Shown: piece after piece, positions 26,926 to 40,730 of the stretch
Layout: each line of letters opens with the position of its first letter
How positions within the stretch are numbered: position 1 is the stretch's first letter
Origin: Octopus bimaculoides
Taxonomy: Eukaryota
Assembly (NCBI RefSeq): GCF_001194135.2
Contig: NC_068982.1
Coordinates: 159,295,729 to 159,359,728 of the forward strand
Length of the DNA: 64,000 nt
Reading direction: 5' to 3'
Translations under genes and position numbers: made by a program
Notes under the pieces: model-generated
What the model saw: only the letters and a program-made list of their open reading frames with translations
Databases searched by the model: none
Told to the model about the DNA's origin: nothing

Positions 26926-27559
26926 CTGTCATATGAAGTAGTTCTAGCTATTCTAGTTTCTTTGAAGGTTTCCTAACCCAGATGAGTATAAGCTTCATCA
27001 GTTTTAGGCAGAGACAAAGAAAGACTCCATACTGTGGAGAGACCCTTCCATACCAGCACCAACAAACGCCAAGATCTTCAGGACAGTTGCCTCCTCAGTT
27101 ATTTTGCATGCAAAATACATATATCAATCCATTCACGTGTGTATAGCTTATATGTGTATGTATGCTACACATATCCATTCAAGTGTGTGGTTCTTACTGA
27201 GATACTTAGATAAGATTCGGCCGGAACTCGCCTAGTTTATTTCTAATTAATAATGGAACCTTGAAAAGACATTTATTATATTTTATATATCTCGATGAGA
27301 GAGTATTCACTACCAAAGTAAGTAAAGAAAAAGCTGGTAACGAAATTGGTAATGTGCCTTTACAGAAATGTGATGAACCCACATACTAGCAGATTAACGC
27401 CGGTCTAAATGCTCTGGCTACTACTGAAAAGCAGTATATGTATGACATTTAAAAAGTACACGAGACCCAATCAACAAAGACAGTGCCAACAGAGTTTTGA
27501 AGACAGAGAAGATAAAAGATAACTAGGTTATTGAAGACCACCAGTCTTGTAATGATGCT

Positions 27560-27960
27560 TATTGCATGCAACCAAGCAAATCACTATAAGTCCCACCAAC
27601 AGAAAGTAAAGAAGGAAATAGACATGATAGTTGAGACACCCAAAAGAGGACACCCATTTGCAGACTGATTCCCCTCAAGCAGGAGCTAAAAGCTGTCAGT
27701 GAAAAACTCCGACATCAGAGGGCGGAACCAGGCAGCAGTATACAGAGACATGGGAGGAAGAGCAGTGAACATCACGGAAGCTTCTTCATGAGAAGACATA
27801 GACGTTTTCTGGAGGAAAATCTGGAATGAAGAGAAGGATTTTAACCAAAATGCTCTGGAGCTGAAAGAAATCAGAAGACGTTATTGCTCTTGTGTTACAT
27901 ACAAGAAATACAACATTGATAGTGAAACTTTTGCAACTGTGATCCAGAAACTTCTTTCCT
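27560..27960 (+). mobile_element. Pre-RT fragment of an RLE/R4-like LINE
   Basis: LKQELKAVSEKLRHQR...EDIDVFWRKIWNEEKDFNQNALELKEIRRRYC...IDSETFATVIQKL. Confidence 0.6.
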
Positions 27961-28074
27961 CCAGGGGTACAGTTCACTATATTTTTACTATCAATTTCTA
28001 GAAAAGTGCATTGGACAGAATCTTGCCCTATATCATTGCTTTGTTTATTTAAGCAATGTAATCGATAATGTTAA

Positions 28075-28218
28075 TCGAAATACTCTGTGGCTAATTCTAA
28101 GGAAAATAGGTTGTCCAGAGAAATTTGTAAATATGATCAGGGCTTTGCATCAAAATATGAAAACCAGAGTTAATTTTGGTGGCAGGCTTTCTGAACCTTT
28201 TGCCGTGGAAAATGTAGT
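28075..28218 (+). mobile_element. RTE-clade LINE reverse transcriptase fragment
   Basis: NRNTLWLILRKIGCPEKFVNMIRALHQNMKTRVNFGGRLSEPFAVEN resembles the RTE/BovB segment LWxILxKxGCPxKF..M...H..M.A.V...G..SEPF.V. Confidence 0.85.
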
Positions 28219-30194
28219 ATACTTTGCCGTTGTGATGTCACAGGCGTTTTACTGTTTAATCTAGTTATGGGACGGGTCTATTTGAGGCTTTACTTAATAC
28301 ACTTTTAATCGAATTATCAAGAAATTCGAATTTTTTATACAAACCCTTTTTATACTAGAGACGAACCAACAGTTTTTACCAAGATCACAAGAGCACTCAT
28401 CATTTCAGTAGTATTATTTATATAGAATAATACAATTGATAGGAACTACTACGATCGTTTTGTGAGATCATGATAGAATTGCGCCACCCTCCCATGAAGT
28501 GCACGAAGAAATAACGACCGAATTCAATCCTCGACTGTATTGAAGTATTCTACACACAAATTTCCCAACGTTGTAGGCCGAATTATTATATTAATAGGGA
28601 AACAACAAACAGAAATAAATGAAAACATTCAAGACTAATTCATTCCGGAAATGTTGGAGGCCTAGTATTTATTATTTCTACAAAACTTTATATGATTATA
28701 TAAGAAGTAATGCTAAATCAACAGACTCATATTAGTGTGTATTTAACATACTATTATGAAGTCTATTAATTGCCTCAAAAAAGAATTGCAGATCTCTAAA
28801 CTTCATAAATAAGTATTGTTCAATTTAATAAGCTATAACAAAATAAGTACATAAGAGAAAGTTAAATGTAATATTTATTGTCATGTTGTTGTGTTCATAT
28901 TCACTGTCTGACCATTCAGCACAGAAACTAAAGTTAGCAACATATTCCTTAAAGGTAAACATTTTCTTCAAAGAATTCAGGAATGGAAATCCTATTACCA
29001 TTATTGTAGTTTGCTACTTGTTCGATTACACAAGTAAATAATAATAAAGAAAATACATGTTACGTTCCGGCAAAACATGAAAAATCGTCTAGACATTTTT
29101 AACGTATTATTTAGTAATTTCGCACTCAGTTACACATTTACACACACACACACACACACATACACACATATGCACACTTGTATTCTTTCCTCAGGATCTA
29201 GAATGAAATTACTCTATATTAAGTGTTATTATATTTACGATCATCAGGGCAGTGCATTGGTAGAATAAACACAATGCTTGACAAAATACCTTGTTGATTT
29301 TATTTAAAGTACTTCAGAATCTGTGTTCTAATCCAATCTAAGTAGTCTTCATCCTACTAAGTCTATAAAAATATAACAATCAAGAACTAAGACCGATCTC
29401 ATCGATTATTCCATCCGACACATTGCTGTTTTTGTATTTAAATTAGAAACCATTATTTCCCAATTTTTCAGAACTACAACGCATTGTTGGAATCTCAGAA
29501 TGTTGCTCCTGAGAAAGAATGCACCTTAATTTATCCAATATCGTGTTACCACAAGTAGCAGGAGAGTTATTATTGGATACGCCATGACATCGTTTATGCT
29601 GCATCTCTAAACGAAATCATCGGTTGTACTTTGCCTCTTAAAGAAATTATACGTTATTCGTAACTCAACATATCACATGTTTAAATCAGTGATAGATCAT
29701 GTTTAGATCAGTGATAATCACTTATATTAGAGGGTGAGGCATACAACGCATGGTATAATAAAAGTTCAACCAAAGTGGGTAAGGATTAAAGGAACAACAA
29801 TGCAAGTATAAATACAATCGAATTAAATGCGATAAATATTCCTAGCAGAGTAATGTTGATATAATTGATGTTTTCAGTCAAACAGATTTATTCAAACCAT
29901 CAGCGTTAACAGCTGCAAAGAATTCAGTGGGATATCACACAGTTTTCTTAACATAATTCAGATCAAACGAAAGGAGTCGACATGAGAATGTTTCTCTAAA
30001 ATGTTGAACATCGGGAGTAAATCGTGAGCAGCATAAATTGTGAAACCAACTTCTAAAACTACCGACTATGTGTGAAGCAGTTTAAGTGTCACTGAACTGT
30101 CTGTCTTTTGTCTGTCTGTCTGTCTGTCTGTATGTATGTATGTATGTATGTATGTTTGTATGTATGTACATATCTCTGGCTGGATGTATTTCAA

Positions 30195-30472
30195 GACCCA
30201 CTTCGGTCAGGAATGACCATGGGATTGTACCTAGAAAGTTTCCCTTCGAGGCAGAAGTCTAGGCAATGCTGTTTATGGATATGCAGTCACCCATGCATAT
30301 CAGCCTCCACTTTCCACGCCACTAATGTTATCCAAAGGAAAAGCAAAAGACGATACAGCTAGTCACCAGTCACGGTTCAGCTCATTTCTACTGATGGATG
30401 ATCGTGAAATAAAGTCCGGTATTCGAACATCATGATTGTGAGCTGGACTCTCTAACCACTGAGCCATGAGAC
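30195..30472 (-). mobile_element. tRNA-derived SINE (third family)
   Basis: Minus strand has A box TGGCTCAGTGG and B box GTTCGAATACC, then a body ending ...tttctaggtacaatcccatggtcattcctgaccgaag. Confidence 0.75.
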
Positions 30473-31845
30473 TTTACATATATGTATATATGTGTGTGTG
30501 TGTGCATGTGTGTGTGTGTGTGTGTGTGTGTATGACTGCGCATGCGCGAACCTGAATAGGGAGTTGAACGAACACAGCTCACTGTAAGTTCCCTGTCACA
30601 AAATATGCATGGTCAAGACTAGGGATTAATCTCACCGTCCTTCTGAAAATCGAGGATTCACAATGGTAGAGAGTATATTATATAATCAGAAAAGAGAAGC
30701 GGGAAAAACGTTTATTCCATTTGCTGATGACTATTTTCTAATCTGATTTTTCATTTACTATGATTTGATCTCGCGCGTAGTCTGTTTATTATGTTACAAT
30801 TCAATGATATTTATATGTATATATATATAAGTGTGTGTGTGTGTATGTATGTATGGGTGCGTGTGTGCGTATGTGTGTGGGCGCGTTTGTGTGTGTGTTT
30901 GTGTGTGTGTGTGCGCGCGTGTATGTATCCAATTGTGGATATTCATCTAATTACATAAATGAGCCACGTCTTTTTTTGATAGCTTTGATAATATTTTCAA
31001 AATTATTATCATGTTAATTTTATGAATAATATATTAATGAAAATATTCAATATCAAATGATTTTCAACACAATTTCTATATTTACAGGACCGGTATGTCT
31101 AATAATTTGACAAAAACATTCAAATCTTTTTTTCTTTTTTTTGTCTGGCATTTGCTACATCGACATTCAGATGAAAATGTCGACACTAGGATTTATACAG
31201 TGGCATATAAATACAAGTCTTCCCCCACCACCCTGCCGGCAGTGTAAGTAACTGTACGTATGGACCGAAAAGTTTCTGAAACCAAATCAATGGTATAGGT
31301 ACAAATATTAGTATATGTCTAGCAAGTCTAAGACTTAAAATCTAAATTCAGACAAGAATTCAGTGACATTATAGCTACAAGCTTTAAGAATTAAGTCATC
31401 AGGAAAGTAATTTAATTAAGTCTATTTCAAAAAATATCAATAAAGATATTTTACTTCGGGTATTTTTGAAATCTCTTTAGACTACATAGCAATGATATTA
31501 CATAAACCGCTTCCAATATTTTAAACAATAGTTCTTTAAATATTTCCCAATGTAAGATACATCGAGCAAAACTTGTTCTGCACGTACATACATGGGAGAA
31601 TCATACATGCATATACACACACTTCTATGTATTTAGATGCGCATGTATATATATGCTACCTAGATAGACAGATGTGTGCGTATGTATATATGTGTTCGAG
31701 TGTCTACGCGTGTGTTTGCGTGTAATTGTGTGCCAGTGTGTATAGCTATATTAATCGATATAAATGAGTATAGAGACAAACACACACACACATATATACA
31801 TATATATGGGAGGTTTTGATATTCAGATGATCTAATGATCTAAAC

Positions 31846-31900
<55 letters not shown>

Positions 31901-32442
31901 TATGTGTATATATTATACATACGTACAAATGTGCACATAGATATATACAGACATACTTATAGTTAAAAAGAGGAGAAACACAAGTGGATATTACCCTCTT
32001 CTAATTATAGCAGGAATTGTATTTTCAAGTTTCAAGTTAGAAACACAAGGTTAGTTATATATTAACTCGATTTGTAGTTACTCCGAACGCAACTTATAGA
32101 AAAATATTGTGTAACGATCAATTTTTTTCTGTTTCGTATCGATGACGTTATCATGCAATGTTTGCACATCGGAATTTTCATTTACATATAAATATAAATT
32201 ACATTCTCATTGTTCACTTTGTATCGGCTTTGCAAATGTGCTTCGCAAGATACTACTAATACCGTGGTCGCTCTTGTTTAGGAACCAGATATATTTTGAA
32301 AACGAAGTAGAATCTGTTCCGCCTTGATTTTGGTGAATTGATATGATGTACATATGAGACTAAAAGGGGATTTCAGTTAATTCTGTTGACTATATATGTA
32401 AATAAGTGTGATGTAAATATGCATATCGATTTATACATGTGT

Positions 32443-32493
<51 letters not shown>

Positions 32494-32779
32494 TGTGCAA
32501 CGCTGATAAATTGCAGTTCATTACAGCCGTTTCAGATATGTTCTTTATTGATGAACAATGATATTATATCATGTCTCTCAGCGGAAACCTAGATGGGAGT
32601 GTCAGATAGCATTATGTTCTATTTATGTAAAGAATCGTAAGTGTTCAATTTTACTCCTAATTTACCTGAAGCAAAGATATATATATATATATATTACATG
32701 AAGTAAAGAAATGTCTGAAAAAGCTGCAGTGAACCTCAACTCATCTGTGTTATTGTTTAAACTTTACTTTACTCCGAAC

Positions 32780-32896
32780 CTTCCCTGCGTTGGAACTGGA
32801 GCCTATAGTCGATTGTGGAGTACGTGCAGTGAGTGTAATTCTCTGTAACATTCCGTACACGTTGTATTCGGTCAGTGCTTGTGAATGGGTGAATAA
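32780..32896 (-). CDS. Candidate 117-nt symmetric exon, product unknown
   Basis: Strong acceptor tactttgtccctccag; weak donor AAG|GTTCGG. Two frames are open (IHPFTSTDRIQRVRNVTENYTHCTYSTIDYRLQFQRRE or LFTHSQALTEYNVYGMLQRITLTARTPQSTIGSSSNAGK). Confidence 0.25.
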
Positions 32897-33222
32897 CTGG
32901 AGGGACAAAGTACGTACATGTCCGTAGATAATGCTAGTGCATAGATGCGCTAGCATTGACTCAACATCGTTGACTTTGCTATTTAAATACGTTGATTGTA
33001 TCGGATTACATGCATTATGATAACGATTTACTGATTCGTTTCTTGTTTACCGTCCTTGTGTGATGAGAGTTTGGAGGAAAGTATTGAATGTTGATTTATA
33101 TGTATGTCTACATCAGTGCCTCTCAAGCTGGTGCTTATATTGGTTTTAGGCAAAGGCAATACTTTCCAGCTCCATTTCCCAAAGATATCCATACACCCAT
33201 TGCGGGTCTCAGTATTTCTCTA

Positions 33223-33223
<1 letters not shown>

Positions 33224-33264
<41 letters not shown>

Positions 33265-33297
33265 ACTGCTGCTGCCACTGCTGCTGCCACTGATGCT
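33224..33297. repeat. Imperfect (GCT)n repeat
   Basis: Direct reading. Confidence 0.9.
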
Positions 33298-34984
33298 GTG
33301 TCTCAGCTTGTTTGTCTCAAATGATATTTCTTGAGTGACACAGTTTTACTGTTTTCCACTAATAAATACTCAACAGAAGCGCATGCGTGTCTGGCTATTT
33401 ATTGACTTACTCGTTTCTGTGATATTTGGCTACCGATGCCCTTTCTCTCCCATCTACATAGACCCCTATGTTATTTTGTGTGTGCGGATCTCTACTTTAA
33501 ACAACTGCTGTATATTGTCTCCTTTTGAACATTTTTTTCTGATTTTAACTCGTCAGGTCGTAATATGCAGTCCTTGTATGTTCGCTTGAATCATTCATTA
33601 ACTACAAGAGAATGCATCACTTACAATTATGATGCTTTACTGAACAACATTGCATTGATTATGGTAATGATGATGGTGGTGGCAAAATGTCGTTTTTTCT
33701 TTTATAATAGTGGATTGGATTTTGGTATGGAAGTCGTCTCCATTGTTACGTTTTTAATATCTGCTTTAGAAATACGCTCAGTGGTGTTACAATAAGTGTT
33801 ATTGTTGTTGCTACAATTACTGACAGCAACATTGTTTGTTTCTGCAATTATTTAAACACATGGTGATGGCAGTAGCATTTCGTGTGTTGTTGTGAATATG
33901 TTTACCGGATGTTGAACCTGAGGAATAATATCGTAAATTAGCAGATTTCTTTTTTTACAAAGATTCATTCGCTCTCCCGTTATCGTGGCACGTTCCCCTA
34001 TGTGCATTTGACAATATTATCAAAAATAACACATCGACCAGCCGATCTCTTTGTCTCTCTTCCTTCTCACTCTATATATATATAAAGTTAGGAGAGGCCT
34101 GCAGGGTCAGAAATTATCACACTTATCATTCCACAGTCATTTCCGAAAGAAAAACCCCTGCGATTTCGAAATGTAAATATAAAATCATTCTTATTAGAGT
34201 AAATGAACAGCAATTGTTTCCAGACAGATGGAGCGGCAGAAATACGTGACGTTCTGTAAAGCAAAAAGAAGCAGAAAAATGCAAAAGCAAACGAATCCAG
34301 TAGTGTATGCGTGTATTTCTGATAATTCTATTTTATTATTCTTGCTACTAGTTTGTTATTGATACAGGCAAAGTTATATTGTTGAGCCTGAAAAATATCT
34401 CGGTGAACTAGAGTTTGTAATTATGTTAATTAGATCGTTCATGTCCTTGAGGAAATTATGAGTATCATATTTTCTTATTTCTCAAGCTTTGCAAATACAA
34501 AACTTCATGATTGTCAGATTTCATTAACGGACATAAATTTAACATTTTTTTCATGTAGGTTTTATTGCTTCCGTTCTTTTCTTCCTCAGATGTTAATCAA
34601 TATTAATATTGTGAGAGAGAAAAATAAGAATCCGAGAAAACTGGTAATGGTCAGCGTCTGTGACGAGAAAGAGGGGAAAATTTAATTAAAACCATCTGTA
34701 TTATACAGCCAGCTTTATTGTCCTAATCGTAATTGTTTAGCCGCAGGTCGGTCCTGATCAAGCAAACCAGGAAAAATGTATCCCGGACAACAATAACTGG
34801 GTGACTCATTTTAAGTGAGGTATCCGGTTATATACCAATGGTCTGTGTGAATGTTTTACTATTTCTAACGGGAAAATAGAGGCATCCTTTTCGGATAACA
34901 ATACCATTGATACCTATAACTAATTACTCTGAATATTCAAGCCGTGTATAACTGTAACCAGCAATATTAAGGTGGGTGATGGGT

Positions 34985-35147
34985 AGATTACATCAACCCC
35001 AATCCTCAACAGTTCCTTATTTTATCGACCCTGAAAGAATGAAAAGTAAAGTCGACCTCATCGAAATTTGAACTTAGAACGCAAACATGAAATACTGCTA
35101 AGCATTTTACCCGTCGCCGTAAGTATTCTGCTGACGCACCAGCTTAA
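34985..35147 (-). mobile_element. SINE copy (53.4-kb family)
   Basis: gattacatcaacccc...ttttatcgaccctgaaagaatgaaaagtaaagtcgacctc...aatttgaact...gctaagcatttt. Confidence 0.8.
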
Positions 35148-35204
35148 GTGTTAACAATACTGTCTCAAATTCTGGTAGAAGGTCAGAAAGTTGGGAGGGA
35201 GGGA

Positions 35205-35284
35205 GAAATTTAGAACGTAAAGACGGACGAAATGCCGCTAAATATTTTGCCGACATACTAACGATTCTGCCAGGTCGCCGCCTT
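35205..35284 (-). mobile_element. SINE 5' head fragment (53.4-kb family)
   Basis: agaacgtaaagacggacgaaatgccgctaa...ctaacgattctgccaggtcgccgcc. Confidence 0.8.
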
Positions 35285-35894
35285 GACTGTATCCAATATT
35301 AGCACTTATTAAGACGTTCGACCTATTAAAACAATTGTAAATGGGGGCAAATATGAAAAAAGGGAATTTGACTATGGTGTATGAATCGTATTCAGGAAAG
35401 TTATTCACCTTATTTCATTTAATTTATTCATAAATACCTGCACACAATATATTATGCTATTGTATGTGGTATTTATTTTAACTCTTATAACTATCACATT
35501 AAAACAAGAATGTGGGTTAGCATAAAAGCATGTGTGGCATCAGGAAAAGCAATATAGTGATAATATAATTATGGTATGCTGAATATATGTTTAAATGATG
35601 ACAAGGTTACATATTTTCCTACATCACACACGCTACGGTAAACTCTGCTTCCATTATTTAGGAGTGGATAAAGTAAGTACTAGTCAAGTAGTGATGTTTA
35701 TGTGTTAGAATAACACCTTCTCTAAAACTGCTTACCTTGACCAAAGTTCGAAACATTCATGTATTAAAAGTTTGTGAATAAAACAAGCAACACGGACGCA
35801 ACCGCACTCTCGACTTTCCTACTACGTGTCTTCAATTTCGGTGTTATAATTACAATTCACAAGTACATATGTTTAGTCGTAATATGACTATACA

Positions 35895-36015
35895 TATGCT
35901 TATATATATATATATATNNNNNNNNNNNNNNNNNNNNNNNNNNNNNNNNNNNNNNNNNNNNNNNNNNNNNNNNNNNNNNNNNNNNNNNNNNNNNNNNNNN
36001 NNNNNATATATATAC
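35895..36015. repeat. (TA)n flanking N-gap 35918-36005
   Basis: Direct reading. Confidence 0.9.
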
Positions 36016-36598
36016 AAATGTACGTATGTATTATGTTACGCTAAGCAATTGAGTTGCGAATCGAGTCAAAGATAAGAAACTACTTCAAATAATTGTTAGA
36101 GTAACCTCACAAGTGGAACCTGTACCAGTCGCTTTGTGCTAGCAGCGAGTCGTATAAGATGTAATAATGAAGAGAAACCAAATATTGATATTTTGCAATC
36201 ATGTATTCAAAATATTTTGAAAGTGATTCAGCTGAGAATAATCTTCCGTAATGGATACATTTCCATTACACAAACATGTAGCGTACGTATTCAATGAATT
36301 CAAAATATCACTATTTTGTTTGAATTGAGCAATACAACTAAAAGTACAGGTGTTTCTCTCTGTGTGTGTGTGTGTGTGCATGTGTGTGTTTGTGTGCGTG
36401 TGATTGTGCATGTATGTGTGCGCGTGTGTATGAAATACCTTTTCCTACTATTTCCACAGAAATCTTTTGTCGTCCGTCCACATTTAAAATTATATTATTT
36501 CTTGTATTTTCATCTCGCGAGTAGAAGCTTTTATACATTTTCTGTCTACTAAGCGAATACTACATTGCCAATAAGAAAAATACACTGAAAATATATGA

Positions 36599-36704
36599 TT
36601 TATAACCATATCACGTTCTCATCCGACCACCGAAGTTAAACAACATCGGGCCTAGTTAGTTCTTAGATAGATGAGGACTTCGGAAACCTACGTGTTGAAA
36701 GTAT
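36599..36704 (+). pseudogene. 5S rRNA-derived sequence with an internal deletion near the 5' end
   Basis: accatatcacgtt-ctcatccgaccaccgaagttaaacaacatcgggcctagttagttcttagatagatgaggac...ggaaacctacgtgttg is colinear with metazoan 5S (ACCATACCAC...CTCGTCCGATCACCGAAGTTAAGCAAC.TCGGGCC.GGTTAGTACTTGGATGGG). Box A and box C are mutated. Confidence 0.85.
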
Positions 36705-36778
36705 CTTCTGAAGCAGTACCCCATCATGCCCGCAACCAAATGACTCTAACAAGTAAAAAAATAAAAGAATAGAAAAAA
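36705..36778 (+). mobile_element. SINE-type 3' tail fused to the 5S head
   Basis: cagtaccccatcatgcccgcaaccaaatgactctaacaagtaaaaaaataaaagaat aligns without gaps to the reverse complement of 49181-49237. Confidence 0.7.
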
Positions 36779-39087
36779 CACGAACGGAGGTTAATATATA
36801 CCTGTGCCTCTCTGTGTTTTCGGCTTTGTTTCCTTACCGATTGCAAGGATACACAGTAGTCAATGCACGTCATATTTTCTTTGCGTTTGGAATAATTTGA
36901 CTTATGAGTTCTCTGATATTTACACTATTTTAAACAAGAAAATTCCAGCAATACTGCGTGATAAATATTTTTCATAGAAAATAAATTAAAAGTCTTACTT
37001 CTAACTCATTTACAATATGATGTGATCTGAGCCTTTTTACTTCAGAATATTTTGAATAATGCCTGCATAAGTAACATACGCACTCCGTGACTCTCTTTCC
37101 GTGTACGTATATTTGATATCTGCACTGAAAGCTGTTAGTAATTGGTTAAAACAATGTACTTTGGTGTCAGACGTGGCATTATATAACTTGATAAACCATT
37201 ATATAATTTGATAAAAATATTTTAGGTAATGTCTTAATGGTGCATCTTTTTTGCTCCTTTCTTATTGTCATTAGCAATACATTGGTACCAGGGAATTGTC
37301 ATTTAGAATTGTCATATAGAATTGTAATGTAGAATTTAAATGTCTAATGATATTATTTAAGTTATATAATAAACTGTTTAATCTTTGCAGTACAAGTTCA
37401 AGTTCAGCTGTTTTAAGAACAACAGATTTGATAAAAGTGTCATTAATAAGACAAAAGTAAAGTTGGCAGTGGGGATGGTAAAAAATCCAACAATTGCTGA
37501 TGGATTGCATATCTAATAGATGAATTGAAATTTTCAATTTATGAACAATATACTCAGCTGTGAGAGACGAGAAACGGACAAACTCAGATGAATTTTTATT
37601 TAGAATATCATTAATACCTGCAGTAATCTTAATGAACAATTGTTTATGGACAAGCAAATAATTGAGAATATTACACGTTTTTTTTAGTTAATTTGTCAAT
37701 TGTGACACCCTGTCTAATAATATAAAATATATCAATATCCTCTAGTTGCATGTAGGTATTAAAATTATTGCTCCACCAGTCCCCCACAAAAACACACACG
37801 TTCTGTATCTGGGATTCTGTGAAAATTCGTCTGTTAATTCAGAGAATTATGAGAAGCCGACGTGGTTCATTTAAAAAGGCGCAGAAAATAAAGGAACAGT
37901 ACTTGGTAAATGTTAAGTACCCAATATCTTGTCATGACAGTAGTAGGAGCGTACATGCGTTTACAACGGTATAAAAATCGTGAAATATAAACAGATATAT
38001 TATTTTACTAAAACGTTTTAACTGATATACATGTTTTGATTTAAAAGTTGCTTCTGGAGTGTATAGGATATATCGAGATAATTTTTTCCGGGAATCTTTA
38101 ATAACTGTCCTTGTTTCTCTATATAAGAATAGTATTTTCATCTTATTATATAGCCTTTAATTTTCAGATTATATTTGCAATATCATATGGATATTTCCGA
38201 TAGGTGGCAGTGCAGTGAATAGAAACGGGAATTTTCTTTGTCGATATCAGTAATTCAACTCTTTCGTTTCTCTGCTTTTCTTAATGTTTCCCCTCGAAGC
38301 GCGGTGAGAAGTTTGGGAAAAAGATACGTAAAATATGGTGTTATCAGCATAATTAAAACACTGAGATGAAGCAAGATGTGATATGCACATTGAATTTTTA
38401 TTCTTCCCTTCCGTTTCCGGAATCCAGTGTGCATGTGCACATTGTATGTTAATACGTCTCTTTCCGATTCGCACCCAAAGCTGTTTACAGATCACAATCA
38501 TCTCACGCATCTACGATCATGAGGAGCACTTCGCGTTTCGATATTTTCAAAATAGTCATATATACAGTTTTATTATTGAAATTATAGTCACGACCAACAT
38601 TGATAATTATGTTATTAGAATCTATGTTTGTAATGTACATTCTACATAGTAGACTTGTTGCTACATTGAAATGAAGTACATAAATTGGCTCGAAATGTTT
38701 TCACGTGTAATTTGTGAATATTTATTTGTCAAGACTATCAGTCTCTGAATTCTTGAATGATCTGAGAAGTACGGATGAGTCGATGCATTCCCGAGCAGGC
38801 GGAAATAATAACCGTCGCCATTGGTGCGTTGCTACACTATTTGTCAAATGTCAGTTTCATTTCTCCAACATAAACCACTTAAATTTTAGTGTAATTGCTT
38901 TCGGAATTTTGCTCCTGGCTTTTCTTGACAATAGCTACAATTAATGGCAATTTTTTCGCTAATAACTATTGTAGTATTAATGGATTAAAAATAATTTGTT
39001 GCACACATGTTCCCCTAATTTTTGAATCAATTTATTACGTATGCTAGCCTGTATTGAAAGTTTATATACTTCTTGTCAGTCATTTCC

Positions 39088-39123
39088 TATCTGTGTGTGT
39101 GTATATATATATATATATAGATA

Positions 39124-39180
<57 letters not shown>
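39088..39180. repeat. (TG)n(TA)n(TG)n(GA)n compound microsatellite
   Basis: Direct reading. Confidence 0.9.
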
Positions 39181-39185
<5 letters not shown>

Positions 39186-40298
39186 GTTGCCCCTCCAATA
39201 TCAGCTACTGCTAAATAATAACTCTATCAGAAAAATTCCAATATAGTTATAAAATTAGAACATACAAAACCCATAAATTAAAAACAACAAAAAATATTTT
39301 AAAAACGCTTAACAGAAATCTTCCTATATCATTATTAAACGGAGAACTTTTTATTATCAGCAAGCAAACACACAAGCACGCATACAAAAGAATAGAAATT
39401 TTACATTTTAAAAATGAAGGTTCCTCTTGTGTTTGTTGATTTGTTGTAGAAATTACAAAATATATAATAAAAGCAAGTGTGCATATAGTTTTCGGTTTGT
39501 GTATAGAAATATTTGTACAAAGAATATTTCATTAGTTTGTCTTCGGAATATTGGTTTTTTTCACTTTGCAACAAATTAGTCTATGTGAATGGTGATTATA
39601 CAATATAATTTTTCCTGTAAGTTCCGTAATCCCAGCTGTACGGAAATGTATCAAATATACACTAACACATACTGTTATATATCTCTTTATCTCAATATGT
39701 ATTTATCTGAATATTACATTCTAAAATAGAAAATGAACTTGAATATTGGAAGTTTTGCTTTTTATAAGTGTTATATATTCCACATTTACACAGAAACATA
39801 CACGAAATAATGACACAGTACAAAGATGAAATTAACGTCTAGTTTATGGTGTCGCTTACGCTAAATGACTCTCAAAGCCTAGGTCAGATTTCTCAATGAT
39901 TTTGCTAATCATTCATCCTGAAAATCAACGAATTGTTTCAAATGAAGGCATCTTTTCAATTCTTTAACGAAACGTTACGTTATTGCTTGTGTATTTTAAC
40001 CCGATTATCTTTATTTTCCACGTTCTGGCTTAAGTGTATTGTGTATGTCACAGAATAGCTTTATCAATTTTCTTATGTACGCAGATCGAACTACAAGTGG
40101 ATAAAGTATATAACAGTGGTATTCATAATTGAGAGTTATATATCGATATTTTCTGTGTGGTATTCCAGAGTAAATTATAGAGGTCCATTTGTTACCAGGT
40201 GTGCTACTTACGAGCAGACGATATTCTCTCTGTTGCCCAATATCCTATAGATTTAATGAGTGGATGTACACGCTCACACACATATGTGCGTCTGTTTG

Positions 40299-40335
<37 letters not shown>

Positions 40336-40646
40336 CAATGCGATCGAAGATAGAAAAGTAAGTAATGAGTGTATATGCATATTTCAGGAATTCTTGCTCA
40401 TTCTTCAGCACCATATACTAGCCATTAGTAATCTAGGTGCACATTGTTAAAATAACAACAATATACAGACGTGTAACATATTTCGACACACCAACTTCAT
40501 ATATTCAATACATCCCTGGCAATTGGTCCGTACTTCATAGTTGCGCATTGGGAGAACATATTTCGTCATGCAACCAGACAGGTTGATATCCAGAGAATTA
40601 ACCGGAGCAACTAAAATCGACAGCTCTGACAACTAATATGGAAATG

Positions 40647-40729
<83 letters not shown>
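40647..40729. repeat. (TAA)n
   Basis: Direct reading. Confidence 0.95.

Positions 40730-40730
<1 letters not shown>

Noticed and set aside
26950-27020. Minus-strand CTGATGA...GAAA as a second hammerhead
   Set aside because: No complementary stems I, II or III could be built.
33224-33297. Poly-Ala/poly-Gln coding tract
   Set aside because: The flanks lack splice signals and coding character; treated as a microsatellite.
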